A stretch of 64,000 nt of DNA from the human T2T-CHM13v2.0 reference genome, Homo sapiens: assembly GCF_009914755.1 (NCBI RefSeq), contig NC_060929.1. One strand, written 5' to 3'. Under the pieces are notes generated by a model that saw only the letters and a program-made list of their open reading frames with translations, had not been told where the DNA came from and ran no database searches. Made by a program: the position numbers and the translations under genes. This document shows positions 51,412-64,000 of this stretch, piece after piece. Numbering within the stretch: position 1 is the first letter of the stretch; every line of letters starts with the position of its first letter.

Positions 51412-52584
51412 GCCTGTTTCCTTGGCCCTCCCCAAGATCACCTTGTATAAGCCAAACCCTCCAAGTCTTTCCCAAGGCCCTCTCACTGCTGCTGCTGAGC
51501 TGCTGCTGGGTCCTGGTGGTGCACAGCCTTCCTTGTTGGGATGAGCCAGTCGATGGCTTCAACTTTGCTGAGCTACAGGTGTGTTCCTGGTGGCCTTTAG
51601 ATGACATCATTGACAAGATTATGACCAAGATAATTTTGATGCATCCTAGTTTCAGCTTAAAATTTGGGAAAACATTCATTTAAAAATAACCCATGCCAAG
51701 GTTTTCACAAAATACAATCAAAATCAGGGCATATTAGTAGCTAGCTCATATGTGTACCTGCTCGGTATGTGCTGTTGTCATTGATGTCTGGAATGAAGTA
51801 ATGAATTAGAAAGTCTTCAAGCACCAAAGAATGATTTAATTAACTATATTTACATAGTGTATATAACACATATAACATAATTACTATGTACTAAAAGATA
51901 AGAAATTATAATTGTGCATTTTAGAAAGATTTGGTCAAACGAGGAGGTATGAGGATTTTATCATGATTCTCAATTTCACAAGCATTTCTGTAAATCAGGA
52001 GCCTACTGTACTAACTAGAAATGGTGGATGGGTTTTTAACTTCAATTCCATCCATCACGTCCCATCTAAATGCTCTGAGGTGGTAACAACAAACTGTGTC
52101 CTAGATCTTCTTCAAGCTGAAGTGCTTTGGGATGATCGCATATTCCAACAATGCCCCCTGGAGGCCAGTTGGCCAGGGCCAGTGGACACTTATCCCCACA
52201 GAAGCAGGTCTGTGCCACTTCTCAGCTGTCAGGGTTTGGATTTCCACCCTGATCCAGCTGCTAAACTGTCCCTACCACGTGTCCCTCACCCACTACCAGC
52301 CAGTGACTCCTAGCTCATGCAATTTCCGGTGCTCACCTCTTGCTGTCCCCCACCTGGCCCTATCATAAGTTTGTGTCCATGTTGCATTCAGTGCATGAGA
52401 CACTGAGAGTGGTCCCCAGCTGACAGCCACCCATGATTCATTGACAGAAGAGAAAGGGGACACAGGGAAGAAATCTGTTACACCGGCGAGACAGAAGCTG
52501 CCCCTTTACAAAGGTGCATGGTGGGGAAGGCAGAGACATCCCAGCTGTACTGCAAAAAGACCACATTTTGAAAGATGGTTTCAA

Positions 52585-52935
<351 letters not shown>

Positions 52936-52955
52936 TCAGTCAGTGTAGAAAATAC

Positions 52956-53534
<579 letters not shown>

Positions 53535-53911
53535 GTCTGTTGCTGGAAGTATATGAGAGTCAAAGCTTAATTCTTCATAATCTGTATATTCATAGCTTCA
53601 ATACCATTGATGCCCAATTGTTTTAATGGTGAGAGAAGGGTTCTTGATTTTGTCTGTTATATATAAGATGCATAGAGATGGGAGGGCGATCAAGACTAAG
53701 ATGATGGCAGGCAAGATAGTTCAGATGGTTTCTAGTTCTTGGGCATCTATGGTGTTAGTATTAGTTTTGTTGTGAATATTACAGAAATAATGTATAGAAG
53801 TAAGGAACTGATTAGAAAAATAATTATAAGGGTATGGTCATGGAAGATAAGTGGTTCTTCTATAATAGGGGATGTGGTATCCTGAAGGCCTAATTTAGCT
53901 GGATGGGCCAT
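53535..53911 (-). pseudogene. MT-CO2: NUMT: COX2 5' fragment (codons 1 to about 127)
   Basis: [19 protein letters not shown]..., [46 protein letters not shown]; 4-bp deletion near codon 50. Confidence 0.96.
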
Positions 53912-53979
53912 TAAGATATATAGGGCTTAACCTATAACTTAACTTTGACAAAGTTATGAAATAATTTTACTAATATCTT
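53912..53979 (-). tRNA. MT-TD: NUMT copy of mitochondrial tRNA-Asp (pseudo-tRNA)
   Basis: 'aagatattagtaaaattatttcataactttgtcaaagttaagttataggttaagccctatatatctta', GTC anticodon, directly before the COX2 ATG. Confidence 0.92.
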
Positions 53980-53982
53980 ATC

Positions 53983-54051
53983 GAAGAAGTCATGGAGGTT
54001 ATGGGATTGGCTTGAAACCAGTCTTTGGGGGTTCAATTCCTTCCTTTTTCA
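53983..54051 (+). tRNA. MT-TS1: NUMT copy of mitochondrial tRNA-Ser(UCN) (pseudo-tRNA)
   Basis: 'gaagaagtcatggaggttatgggattggcttgaaaccagtc...ggttcaattccttcc', TGA anticodon, on the strand opposite COX1 as in mtDNA. Confidence 0.92.
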
Positions 54052-54052
54052 T

Positions 54053-54544
54053 TTAGGTTTTCATGTAGGTTGGTTCTTCGAATGTGTGATAGGGTGGGGG
54101 ACAGCCACATAGTCATTCTAAGTTGGTAGATGGTCGTTCAATTATTAGAACTTTTCGTTTTGAAGCAAAGGCTTCTCAGATCATGAAAATTATTAGAATT
54201 ACTGCTGTCAGGGAAATAAATGAGCCTATGGATGAGATAGTATTTCATGTGGTGTATGTGTCGGGATAACCGGAGTAGCGTTGAGGCATGTCAGATAGGC
54301 CGAGGAAATGCTGTGGGAAAAATGTTAAATTGACGCCTATAAATATAATAGCAAAATGAGCTTTAGCATAGGCTTGGTTGAGTATATAGCCTGAAAATAG
54401 ACAGAATCAGTGAATAAAGCCCCCTATAATAGCAAATACAGCTCCTATTGATAAGATGTAATGGAAGTGGGCTACAACATACTATGTGTCATGTAATACA
54501 ATATCCAGTGATGAGTTGGCTAGTACAATGCCGGTCAAGCCTCC
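54053..54544 (-). pseudogene. MT-CO1: NUMT: COX1 3' fragment (codons about 351 to the end)
   Basis: [57 protein letters not shown] followed by TAA. Confidence 0.96.
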
Positions 54545-55301
54545 CAGCTGTTCCTATAGGGATTATAGTCAGTCATGGGAAGCTTCTCTTATTGTGCAAA
54601 GGAGAAATAGATTTCCTTACAACACCACGTGAAGGCAGAATTCTGGAAACCTGCCTTGGGGACTATCTTTCCTTAATTAAACATCCTAAGAAACAAGGGC
54701 AAAGCACTGTAGCCTGGCATAGTTTGGATCTTCAGAAAATCTTATCAGAATTTTCCAAAAATTGAGAAAAGAGATATAGGATCAAAATGAGACTTTCATG
54801 AAATGCCTCACTAAAAAAGAGCTGGAAGAGAACTTTCCTGAAATAAAGTAGAAAATATTGACAGAAAAAAAATACTGCAAGAAAAGCCCATGTTTGTGTG
54901 CATGGTCAGACATTATTTATAACTATTAACATGTTTTGGACACAACTGAGGAACAAGGTATCACACAGAAGAGGACAGTAAGAACAGAAAATTCCAGCTA
55001 AACCACTGAGACTGACCCAGCATAATCTTACAAATAGCCACTGTCCACATGCTGATGGCTGATCAAGACTCAGATCCCATCTACCTAACTTGCTGTGAGC
55101 CTCACTAATGTGTGGGGGCAAAGGTGCGTATCACCCTCAAAGCTGGCTTAGAACAGCCACACTGTATTCATCATGTGGACATCCTTAGGCACGTCCTAAA
55201 AATCTGAAAATATAAATTAGGCCATATTTAAGATGGACTTGCTGGCTGTCTATAAGATATGTAAGGGGAACTTGTGGTGAATTGTTTTGGAAATTCAATC
55301 T

Positions 55302-55617
55302 GGCCAGGCATGGGTGCTCATGCCTGCAATCCCGACATTTTGGGAGACCGAGGCAGGAGGATGGCTTGAGGCCAGGAGTTCAAGGCCAGCCTGGGCAACA
55401 TGGCAAGACCTTGTCTCGACAAAAAAACACAAAAATTAGCTGGGTGTGGTCGTATGCACCTGTAGTCTTAGCTAATCAGGAGGCTGAGGTGGGAGGATCT
55501 CCTGAGCCCAGGAGGTCGAGGGTACAGTGAGCTGTGATTGCTCATTTGCACTTCAGCCTGGGCGACAGAGCAAGACTTTGTCTAAAAATAATAATAATAA
55601 ATAAACAAATAAGAAGA
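55302..55617 (+). mobile_element. AluJ-type SINE
   Basis: 'ggaggatggcttgaggccaggagttcaaggccagcctgggcaac'; TSD 'gaaattcaatct' / 'gaaaattctatct'. Confidence 0.92.
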
Positions 55618-55739
55618 GAAAATTCTATCTGGCTTCCCCAAGTTTATGTCTTTCATTTTTTTCTAGTGGGTTTTCATGGGGCCATAAGGAGAATGATGAA
55701 TATAAAAATGCGTGAGCTCCTCTTAGGCATTTTGGAGGC

Positions 55740-56188
55740 TACGATGATTAACTTCATGTGTCAATTTGGCTGGGCTATGGTGCCCAGTTGTTTGATCAAA
55801 CACTAGTATAAATGCTGCTGTGAAGCTATTTTTAAAATGTGACTCATAAATTAATGTGGGTGGGTCATCCAATCAGTTGAAGGCCTCAAAAGCCAAGACT
55901 GACATGTTCCAAAGAGCAAGCAATTCTGTCTCAAGACTGCAGCACAGAAACCCTGCCAAGGTGCCAGCCTGCTGCCCTGTGGAACTCAGACTCACGGCTG
56001 CAAGATCAACTCTTACCTGAATTTCAAGACTTCTCACCTGCCCTGCAAATTTAGGGCTCACTGGCCCCTCCAATCATATGAACAAATTCCAATCAATAAA
56101 TAAGTAAATGAACAAATAAATCTCTCTCTCCCTTTATCCATCTGTCTCCAGTTGGCTCTGTTTTTTCTGGAGAACCCTGAATGACACA
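55740..56188 (+). mobile_element. MLT2 (C/D-like) ERVL solo LTR
   Basis: 'gattaacttcatgtgtcaatttggctggg...ccaatcagttgaaggcct...tctggagaaccctga'. Confidence 0.8.
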
Positions 56189-56719
56189 GGGCCTGCAGGT
56201 CACTTCCCGTCTAAGGATAGAATATCTGAGTGCCTGCACTGTTCCGTTGTCTTCTGCTAAGTGTCCATTGCTGACTTTCCCTTCCTTACTTCTTTTGGCC
56301 CCTTCCACTCAGTACAAACCCAGGCTATTTCTTCCATCTTTGGGTTGCTTATCAAGGGAAAATGAATTATGTATGCCTAAGACACGATGAGGAAGATAAT
56401 TCTACTGCCATTAACACTATATAGTTTATTTCAAAGCCAAACAGAAATAACTTCAGGGCTTTGTACTGTTTAGAATCACCTCTTCAACTGGTTTCTTTCA
56501 CTAACAAGGCATTTTAAGGGATGAATCTCTGGCATGGTAGAGAAAGCTGTGCATCATCCATTGACCTGACTGTCAGCAAATAGTCATGGAGGCCCTGTGG
56601 GGTATTCGGCACCGTGCCAACCACTGCCTCCCAGAGTTGGGACAGACAGACACCCTGCCCATATGCAGCCTCATAGACATAATATAACACTCAGTATTAG
56701 AGAGATATGAGACCTATAA

Positions 56720-56850
56720 TAACAATTCTCAGTACTTATTGTCTGCTTACTATATCTTGGACACTGATATAAGTGCTTTACATAAATTAACTCATTTAGC
56801 CTTCGTACAAACCCTAGGAAATAGGTTCTGTGTCTATAATGAAGTTTAAA
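56720..56850 (-). mobile_element. MIR fragment
   Basis: 'taagtgctttacataaattaactcatttagccttcgtacaaaccctagg'. Confidence 0.7.
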
Positions 56851-56864
56851 GTTATAAAAAAAAT

Positions 56865-57352
56865 GAGTTAATTTGTTTCCAATTTCTGCTGTAGCAAATT
56901 GCCATAAAGTTGCTGGCTTGAAATAACAGGAATGCGTTGGGTGTGACCTACAGTTCTGGAGGTCAGAAGTCTGAAGTCAGTCTCATTCCAGTGTCTGAAG
57001 TCAAGGTGTGGGCTGGCTCCTTCTAGAGGCTTGAGAGGAAAACACATTTCTTTGCCTTTTCAGCCTCTGTTGGCTACATGCATTCCTTGGCTTGTAGCCC
57101 CTTCCTCTGTCTTCAAAGTGCTTCACTCCAGTCTCTCCTTCTGTCTGCACATTGCCTCTCCTCTCTATCAAACTCCCCTCTGCCTTCTCTCATAAGGATA
57201 CTTGTGATTACATTTAGGGCTCTTCTGGATAATCAAGAACAATCTCTCCACCCCAGGATCTCTAAGCCTAATTATATCTGCAAAGTCCCTTTTGCCGTAC
57301 AAGATAGAAGGGGTTGGCAGTGGGTAACTCTGGAGCCATTATTCAGCCCACC
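56865..57352 (-). mobile_element. MLT1C/D-like solo LTR
   Basis: 'cagttctggaggtcagaagtctgaa', 'ataaggatacttgtgattacatttagg' and 'tctgcaaagtcccttttgcc'. Confidence 0.8.
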
Positions 57353-57536
57353 ACCCGCAGACACAGAGACAGGGCTTACCCCAGATGATGGTGCTGGTCA
57401 GTGTTGGCATCTAGATCAATGGCAGACACTTTTAACCACCTTGCACATGGCCTTGCATGGTCCTCAAAGAGACGTGCACTCAACAGTGAGCACAGGACAC
57501 CAAGCAACTACTATGACCTGGCCATGATGGCATTTC

Positions 57537-58027
57537 TGCTACCAAATGCTGCTCCCCAAAAGTCCTACCAGAGCAGGCTGGTGATAAAGCAAAAATGAGC
57601 TTGTTGTTTACCAAAGTCAGGGGAACACCATCTGGATTGTCTTAGGTTCATCTTGGAAAGGGTGGGACAAAGGAGGGACATTTATGAGGTTTTCATTGTC
57701 TAGTTTACGGCAGGTTTTCAAAAGGGGAGGGTGGTTAGGATCGGTTAGTGTTCATGATACACTCATTTGGGAGGGGTGTGTACATCTCCTAAGGTATAAC
57801 AGAGAAGATCCAATGTCTTTATTGTATACTGACTAGCTGAATGTCGATTTAAGTTAATTTTGGAGAAGTCACTGAAATTAGCAAAAATGTTGTTTGATAA
57901 GTTTAATCTTCCTGGGCAAGAGTTAGCTGCAGTAGCAATGTCAGGTTGGTTAAGACAGTGGAAGAATAAATGGACGTTAGTGTAGACAGTAAACTAATGT
58001 GGGTGTAGATGTTTTGATTCTCAACAC
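57537..58027. mobile_element. Possible old LTR relic, family uncertain
   Basis: TG...CA-bounded ~490-bp segment ('tgctaccaaatg...gattctcaaca') with LTR-like character; by-eye call only. Confidence 0.3.
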
Positions 58028-59194
58028 TCAGCCCACCAAAAATGCCTGGGTGAATCAGAGGAAAGAAAATCGTGTCGCAGTGTGAGGCTGTTGCCTCTGG
58101 GAGGCCCCCACTTCATAGAAAACCCAGAAGTCACCCCAAGACATTGAGAGAGCAGTGGCGAGTTGGGAGCGGAGACTCTGGGTGACCTACAGAGAAGGCA
58201 GCTGTCGGACAGGACATTTTCTTCACAAGACTTCCAAAGGCCACACCCAGAATGACTTCCACGGGTGTGTTCAAAAGGAAATGGAGAAGAATTCCTTAAG
58301 GGACAACCGCGTGTGCTGCAAGCGATTAGCCCACAGAATTCTGATCTGCACACCCACTAGCCACGTAGGAGTGCATTTCCACACTGGAAGAAAGAGCATG
58401 CCAGTTACTGTGTGCTGGGGTTAATTTTAAAAGTGGGCACAATGTGAGCCTTTTTAAAAGAAAAAATTTGAAAAAACAAGGAGGCCATTTTGTTAACCAC
58501 GTGGACCTACTTTCAATGAAAGTTCAGTCTGCAGCAATGGGGGAGACAGAAATTAACAAGTACTGAGATTTTGACTATGTCTTCATATTTTAACTTCTGT
58601 TACTTACTGGGAACCAATTTGTCAGCCAGATACATTATATATGCAATGACCTCAACACAGGGGAAAGTCTTGTTGCCCTCATTTTATGACGTGTGAATAA
58701 AGACCCTCTTCAAAGGTTATGTGGCCACGGCCACACAGTAAGAGGTTGTGTCCTAAGAGTCTCCGTCTTTGCATCACGCCTTGCACATTTCTAGAAGTCA
58801 AGTATTTCTAGAAGGCAAGCCCCTTAGCTTCTGCTCCGCTTACTGTTACACTGTGCTGCGTTTGCACAGTATGTACATACAAATCCACACGCTGGCATGA
58901 ATCATCCACTGTAGTCTGTGCGTTTTTATTTCTGTCTCATAGAAAAAAAGAAATCCATCCCTAGAAAGGTTTCTTCCTTGGAAGTCCAAATTGTTATACA
59001 AATCTCTTCCATGCCCTTCCCTGACTTCCCAAAAAGCTCAATATTCTTGCTTCCCAAATTCCTTCCCTGCAACTTAAAGACCCCTGAAACCCACTTTTAC
59101 ATAATCTTTCCTTATTACTCCCTAGACAATCTTCCTTGCAGCCATATGCTGATACACACCTCCCTTCATTAAGCCAATATTTTTATGCCAGGTG

Positions 59195-59520
59195 CCCTTG
59201 CCAAAATTGTTCCGTCTCCCCTGGGAATGCGCTAACTCTAATGGCTCAGTTCTTGGCAATCCTGTCTTAGCCTCCAGCTCTGAATTCAAGGCCTATCTCC
59301 TCTGTGAAGTATGCCTGGATGTCCGGTGAAAAGTCCTGCCCTGACCCTGCCCTGCTACCCCTGCGCCTCTGTCATTGTGCTCAGGGGAGAGCATCATAAC
59401 TCGCAAGGGGCTCACCTGGCCAGTATGTGAACACCCTGAGGACAGGGAGTATATCTTCGCCATCTCTACTTCCCCAGAGCAGTGCCTGGCCTGGAGCAGA
59501 TGTTTAGCTTGTTCGATAAA
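59195..59520 (+). mobile_element. L2 3' fragment
   Basis: 'tatctcctctgtgaag', 'tgtgaacaccctgaggacaggga' and 'cagtgcctggc'. Confidence 0.6.
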
Positions 59521-60729
59521 TTAGGATCGAATAGGAATGTGTTGATTTCTAACACAAACCCTTACTTTTCTGGGAAGATGTTTAGATGAGGAAATCATGT
59601 ACTTTATTCCTATAACATACAGGAGTTTCATCAATCTAGTGGGATATAGGAGTTTCCCCTCAAAAACAACAACAACAAAAAATAGTAAAACTTTGGATAA
59701 GTGAATTGAAAACATAAACTCTGGCAGAAACAAGGATTTTTTTCTTCTTTTCTAAATTAGTACCACTTGGTTCAAGGACAAAAGGTCACCTTTGTCAAGT
59801 TCAAAATTTATCGGATTTCTTTTGCTTCTCTCAAATTTTAGATCCGTGACTTAAACATACTTCATGAGGAAAGTTACACTGGTCTCTTCATGTTGCTGTT
59901 TATCAGAGGAAAGAGACGCTTTACAAACAATGCTGCACTTCACAGGACTCCTGATAAATGAGTCAACAGATTTACTCCCATTTGGGGGGCAGGAAATCTC
60001 AGATACAAGTGAAAAAACATTTTATGCACAGAAGACACGCATAACTGAGCTGATATTAGAACACACAGTATTTACCATCACCCTCCAGGGTTGATTGCGT
60101 GAGCTGTTTCCCCATCCATGATTCCCAAATGTCCCTTCAGTTGAATAATTATGGATTAAACCCTGCTTTACGAATCGATTTGTAATATGCATTGTGTATG
60201 ACACAGTGATAATCTGAGTTCTCAGGATTTATAACCTACACATTAAAAGAATATAGAACAGTTTAAGAGCTAACAAACCAAAAACAAAACAAAACAAAAA
60301 AACACATAAAAACAAAAACATCCAAGAGATAGCACAAGGCAGTGTGAGATTGAATGCATGGCTCAGTTCTTTTCTAAATCCTGCAGGTGTTCACAGGACA
60401 GAGTGGTTATTCTGAGCTAGATAAATGAGGGGCAAATCATGGGAAAGGTGGGTCCTGAGCAGGAAGTCAAAGGTGGCAGAATTTGGGCAGATGAAGGTAG
60501 CCAGTCAGCACTCTCCAGGAGGGAGATGTTTGGAATGAGGGCACAGCTAGAATGATCTGCTGCATGACAGGGGGCTGAGAGTTGGTATAATGTACCAATC
60601 AGTAATAAGGCTTCAAAGACGTGCGGGAAGCAGAGGGGAGGCTGCTAACTCCATACTATGGTGTTGGGGGCTTTGTCTTGTAGTTTACCTTAGTGACTGG
60701 GTTTTTAAAACAATAAAATAACATGCTTA

Positions 60730-61043
60730 TTTTTGTTTTGTTGTTTTGCTTTGTCTTGAGACAGGGTCTCACTCTCTTGCCCAAGCAGGAGTAGAGTGGC
60801 ACCATCATAGCTCACTGCAGCCTCAAACTCCTGGGCTCAAGTGATCCTCCTGCCTCAGCTTCCCAAGTAGCTGGGACTAGACGTGTGTGCTACCATGCCC
60901 AGTTGATTATTTTTTGTATTTTTTGTAGAGATGGGGGTCTCACCGTGTTGTCCAGTCTGGCCTCAAACTGCTGGCATAGAGCAATCTCCCTGCCTTAGCT
61001 TCCCAAAGTGCTGGGATTACAGATGTGAGCCACTGTGTCCAGT
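60730..61043 (-). mobile_element. AluJ-type SINE
   Basis: 'gagacagggtctcactct' and 'gcagcctcaaactcctgggctcaagtgatcctcc'. Confidence 0.92.
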
Positions 61044-62367
61044 TCTCTTTTTTTTTTTTTAAGAAAATGAATGTGTCAAAGCTCTAAAAGCTCTAAAAGA
61101 ATGCGGAATGGGATGAGTGAAGCCACATCATAGATGAGTAGGTGATGCTGGGTATACCTGTGTGGTCATGGAGCCTGCCTGTGCTGGGAGTGAGGCAGTA
61201 GGGAGGAGAAGAAAGAGAATTTCAGAGAAGGCATGAAGAAAACAGTCAGCAGAGAGCTGACAGGGAGAATGAGCTATCATTGATAGAAAGGAGGAAGATA
61301 AACTGAGAAACCAGCTTGGGAAAAATCGAGAGTTCATATGTAGTTTTTGTGTCTTCTTCCAAAGCACTGGAAGAAAGTATCCAAGCCATACTCAGGCTAA
61401 GAAGCAAGAAGCAGGAATCACTAGCTATCTTAAATAGCTCTGCATTAATAGCTTAATGCATTCTCTGCATTAAGCTACTCTTAACAGGAAGCGCACACAG
61501 CAGGGATGGGCCAACTCAGCCTTAAAGAGGCAAAGCCCATGTTGTGGAACTCATGTTTAATCTTCATCCCTGACACCATGGCCGTCTTATTCCTGAACTC
61601 ACTGGGAAAACACAGATGGCATAAGAAAAGGCTGCCTGACCTTCACAGGCTGGTCATCTCCCCACGTGGTTCCTGAAACACTTATCTGAAATTGATGTCC
61701 TTTGGTTAAGAATCATAAAAAACATAAAGAATCATAAAGAACACAAGTATCCTATACTCTGTGCTTATGCCTCTTCTAGAGAACTTTTTGTCACTGATTC
61801 TCCAGGGTTATTTCTTTCAGGTCCTCAAGTATCCAACCTGCCATCGACTTCCTATGAATCAGTTGTGAGCTATACATCTGGACGTGTATCCTTCCAAAAA
61901 AAAAAATAAGACATTTCATATTCTGCTCGATTTCTTCCCTTGGGAGAAATTCCCTTTACTACTCTTCTGTCGGAGCAAACCTGGGAAGAGCTGCAGAAAT
62001 CCCTCATGAGCTGTTACCAGCATACCATGCAGAACCTTCTGTAAACTAGCATCAACATTTGTTTTCCTCAGGCAATCAAGGGAGGCCACAGTTGAGGGCT
62101 GGTTAAAAGAGAGACACCTGTGCGTCATTGGTGGGCATGCTGAGAGATGAGTCTCTGGATCACGCTTACGCTCAGCCTCACATATGCCACTTTCATTCCA
62201 CCCCGTGCTGTTATAAAAGTCAAATTGTGTGACTCATGATTTAGATCTTATGGTCACTTAATGTCCCATAGTTAGGCATCTGGTCTCTACCAGGGCCCAG
62301 GAGCAATAAAGAGCCATTTCAGAAAAAAAAAAATGTTGTAATTATTTTCCAAAAAAGCATTACTAGG

Positions 62368-62748
62368 TGATATGGTTTGGATTTGTGTCCCCCGGCCAAA
62401 CCTCATGTCAAATGGTAATCTCCAGCGTTGGAGGAGGGTCTGGTAGGAGGTGACTGGATCATGGGGGCAGATCTCCCGCTTGCTGTTCTCCTGATAGTGA
62501 GTTCTTGCAAGATCTGGTTGTTTAAGAGTGTGCAGCGCCTCCTCCTTCTCTTTTTCCCTCCTGCTCTAGCCCATGTAAGATGGGCCTGCTTGCCCGCTGC
62601 CTTCTGCCATGATTGTAAGTTTCCTGAGGCCTCCATAGCCATGCTTCCTGTGCAGCCTGGGGAACCATGAGCCAATTAAACCTCTTTTCTTTATCAATTA
62701 CCCAGTCTCAGGTAGTTCTTTATAGCAGTGTGAGAATGGACTAAGACA
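62368..62748 (+). mobile_element. MSTB-like MaLR solo LTR
   Basis: 'tgatatggtttggatttgtgtcccc...gaatggactaagaca'; perfect TSD 'ctagg'. Confidence 0.9.
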
Positions 62749-64000
62749 CTAGGCTTGCAATAGTTTCCATGAAGCATCTCGTCCTTCCTCTTGCATCAGC
62801 TGGGATACCAGATAGCAGATCTCATTGCCCTCTCTTGCTTCAAGCTCTCCTTAAAACTGTATTTTCAAGGTACTCAATAAGTGGGTCAGCACAGCATACC
62901 TAAAGGAGGTATACCCTGCCTCCAACATCAGATTAAAAAAAAAAAGGCTGACCAAATAAAAAAGGAGCATTGAGTTTCATTTCAATATCAGATGGAATGA
63001 AAGTTTAATGCTTATTTTTTAGTTATAGGGTGTCAAATAACAACAACTGACTTTCACTCCCCACAGTTGGGTTACATCTGGCCTAGCAGAAACTCCAAAG
63101 TTTTGGTGGCCCTTGCAAATTTTCATTGGGCTTTCATCTCCCCTGCTCTATCTTACATGTGATTGCCAGGATATTTCTGGCTTACCTAGTTCAATAAGTA
63201 TGATGTCATCAAGAAATTGAACCAATATACTGCCCTGTTGAATGGGAAGGTAATCAAGTTCCTTAGGGCTAAATTGTGATAGAGAATAAGAATGCTGGTA
63301 TCTAGCGAAAGTAAAAGACTCCAGAATATCTGATACATTTTGCCCAAACTCATGTTCCTTTTACCCTGGCTTAACATCTTTATAATATATGACAAGACAT
63401 ATTACCTAGCATCTTCTGTAATTCAATATGAATAAATGTAAATTAATATAAATAAATATAAACAAATTGTAACACATTGTAAGTACATTGACGAGTAACT
63501 CCTTTCTTCCTGAGTCAGATTCTGTACTGTGCCTCTGGGGTATGCGGGGATCTGATTATAACTATAGGTGTAGAGGCTGTGGGGGAGGTAGAAATTGGTA
63601 TGAGAAGAACCGTCCTTTCTTCCAAGGTAACTACATTAGGTGTCGGTAGGTTTGGCCTCATCAAAGGAGGAGCCTCTGTTAGCAGGAGAAGCTCTGAAGT
63701 CCTCATTCCCTTGTCTCCTATTCTCACTCCTAACCAAAACATTTCCTATATTTGCTAAAGAAGACCTGGTGAACGAAGTTCTGAATCAACTTACACTGTA
63801 ATTCAGTCATGTGCATGATTGGCCTCCATTTGGGAGTTTTGGCGAAATCTGGCCAGCAGCTACAAGAGATAAGCAATCATTTAGGACTTAGAGGCTTGTC
63901 ACTGGACATACCTTGAACTGAGAATGTAAACCCCTGAGCTGGAATTTTCTTTCTTTGAACGCTTCAGTTTGGTCATGAGCAGCTGGCACCCGCCCTCCTT

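Noticed and set aside
63180-63915. Several minus-strand donor-like motifs near the window end
   Set aside because: I could not pair them with convincing acceptors or a frame, and they are at chance frequency.

Overview
This is simian primate (human-like) nuclear DNA, intergenic or intronic, with no intact protein-coding gene. The listed ORFs are explained by repeats, microsatellites, pseudogenes or chance. The window holds 13 Alus (J, S and Y types), many solo LTRs (MLT1, MLT2, MST, THE1, MER4, MER21, MER31, MER50, MER61), MER3/MER5/MER20 DNA-transposon relics, and L1/L2/MIR fragments. Two fossils stand out. (1) A minus-strand processed pseudogene of ALG3 (about 33220-34426) is bracketed by an unexplained 55-bp inverted repeat, and its poly(A) tail is replaced by (CA)n. 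(2) A 1.6-kb NUMT (about 52956-54544; COX1, tRNA-Ser, tRNA-Asp, COX2) is circularly permuted and terminally redundant, about 1.14 turns of a ~1.39-kb unit, and preserves a pre-catarrhine-looking COX2. Other oddities are a CCAAT-rich 58-bp minisatellite inside a MER21 LTR, a chain of candidate minus-strand exons at 11-15 kb, a twin-primed L1 inversion and several template-switch-like micro-palindromes. From memory, ALG3P1 lies at human 5p15.32; I cannot verify that here. Repeat subfamily names are by-eye calls and their boundaries are approximate. I found no evidence for a new functional gene system; the best leads are structural and evolutionary.
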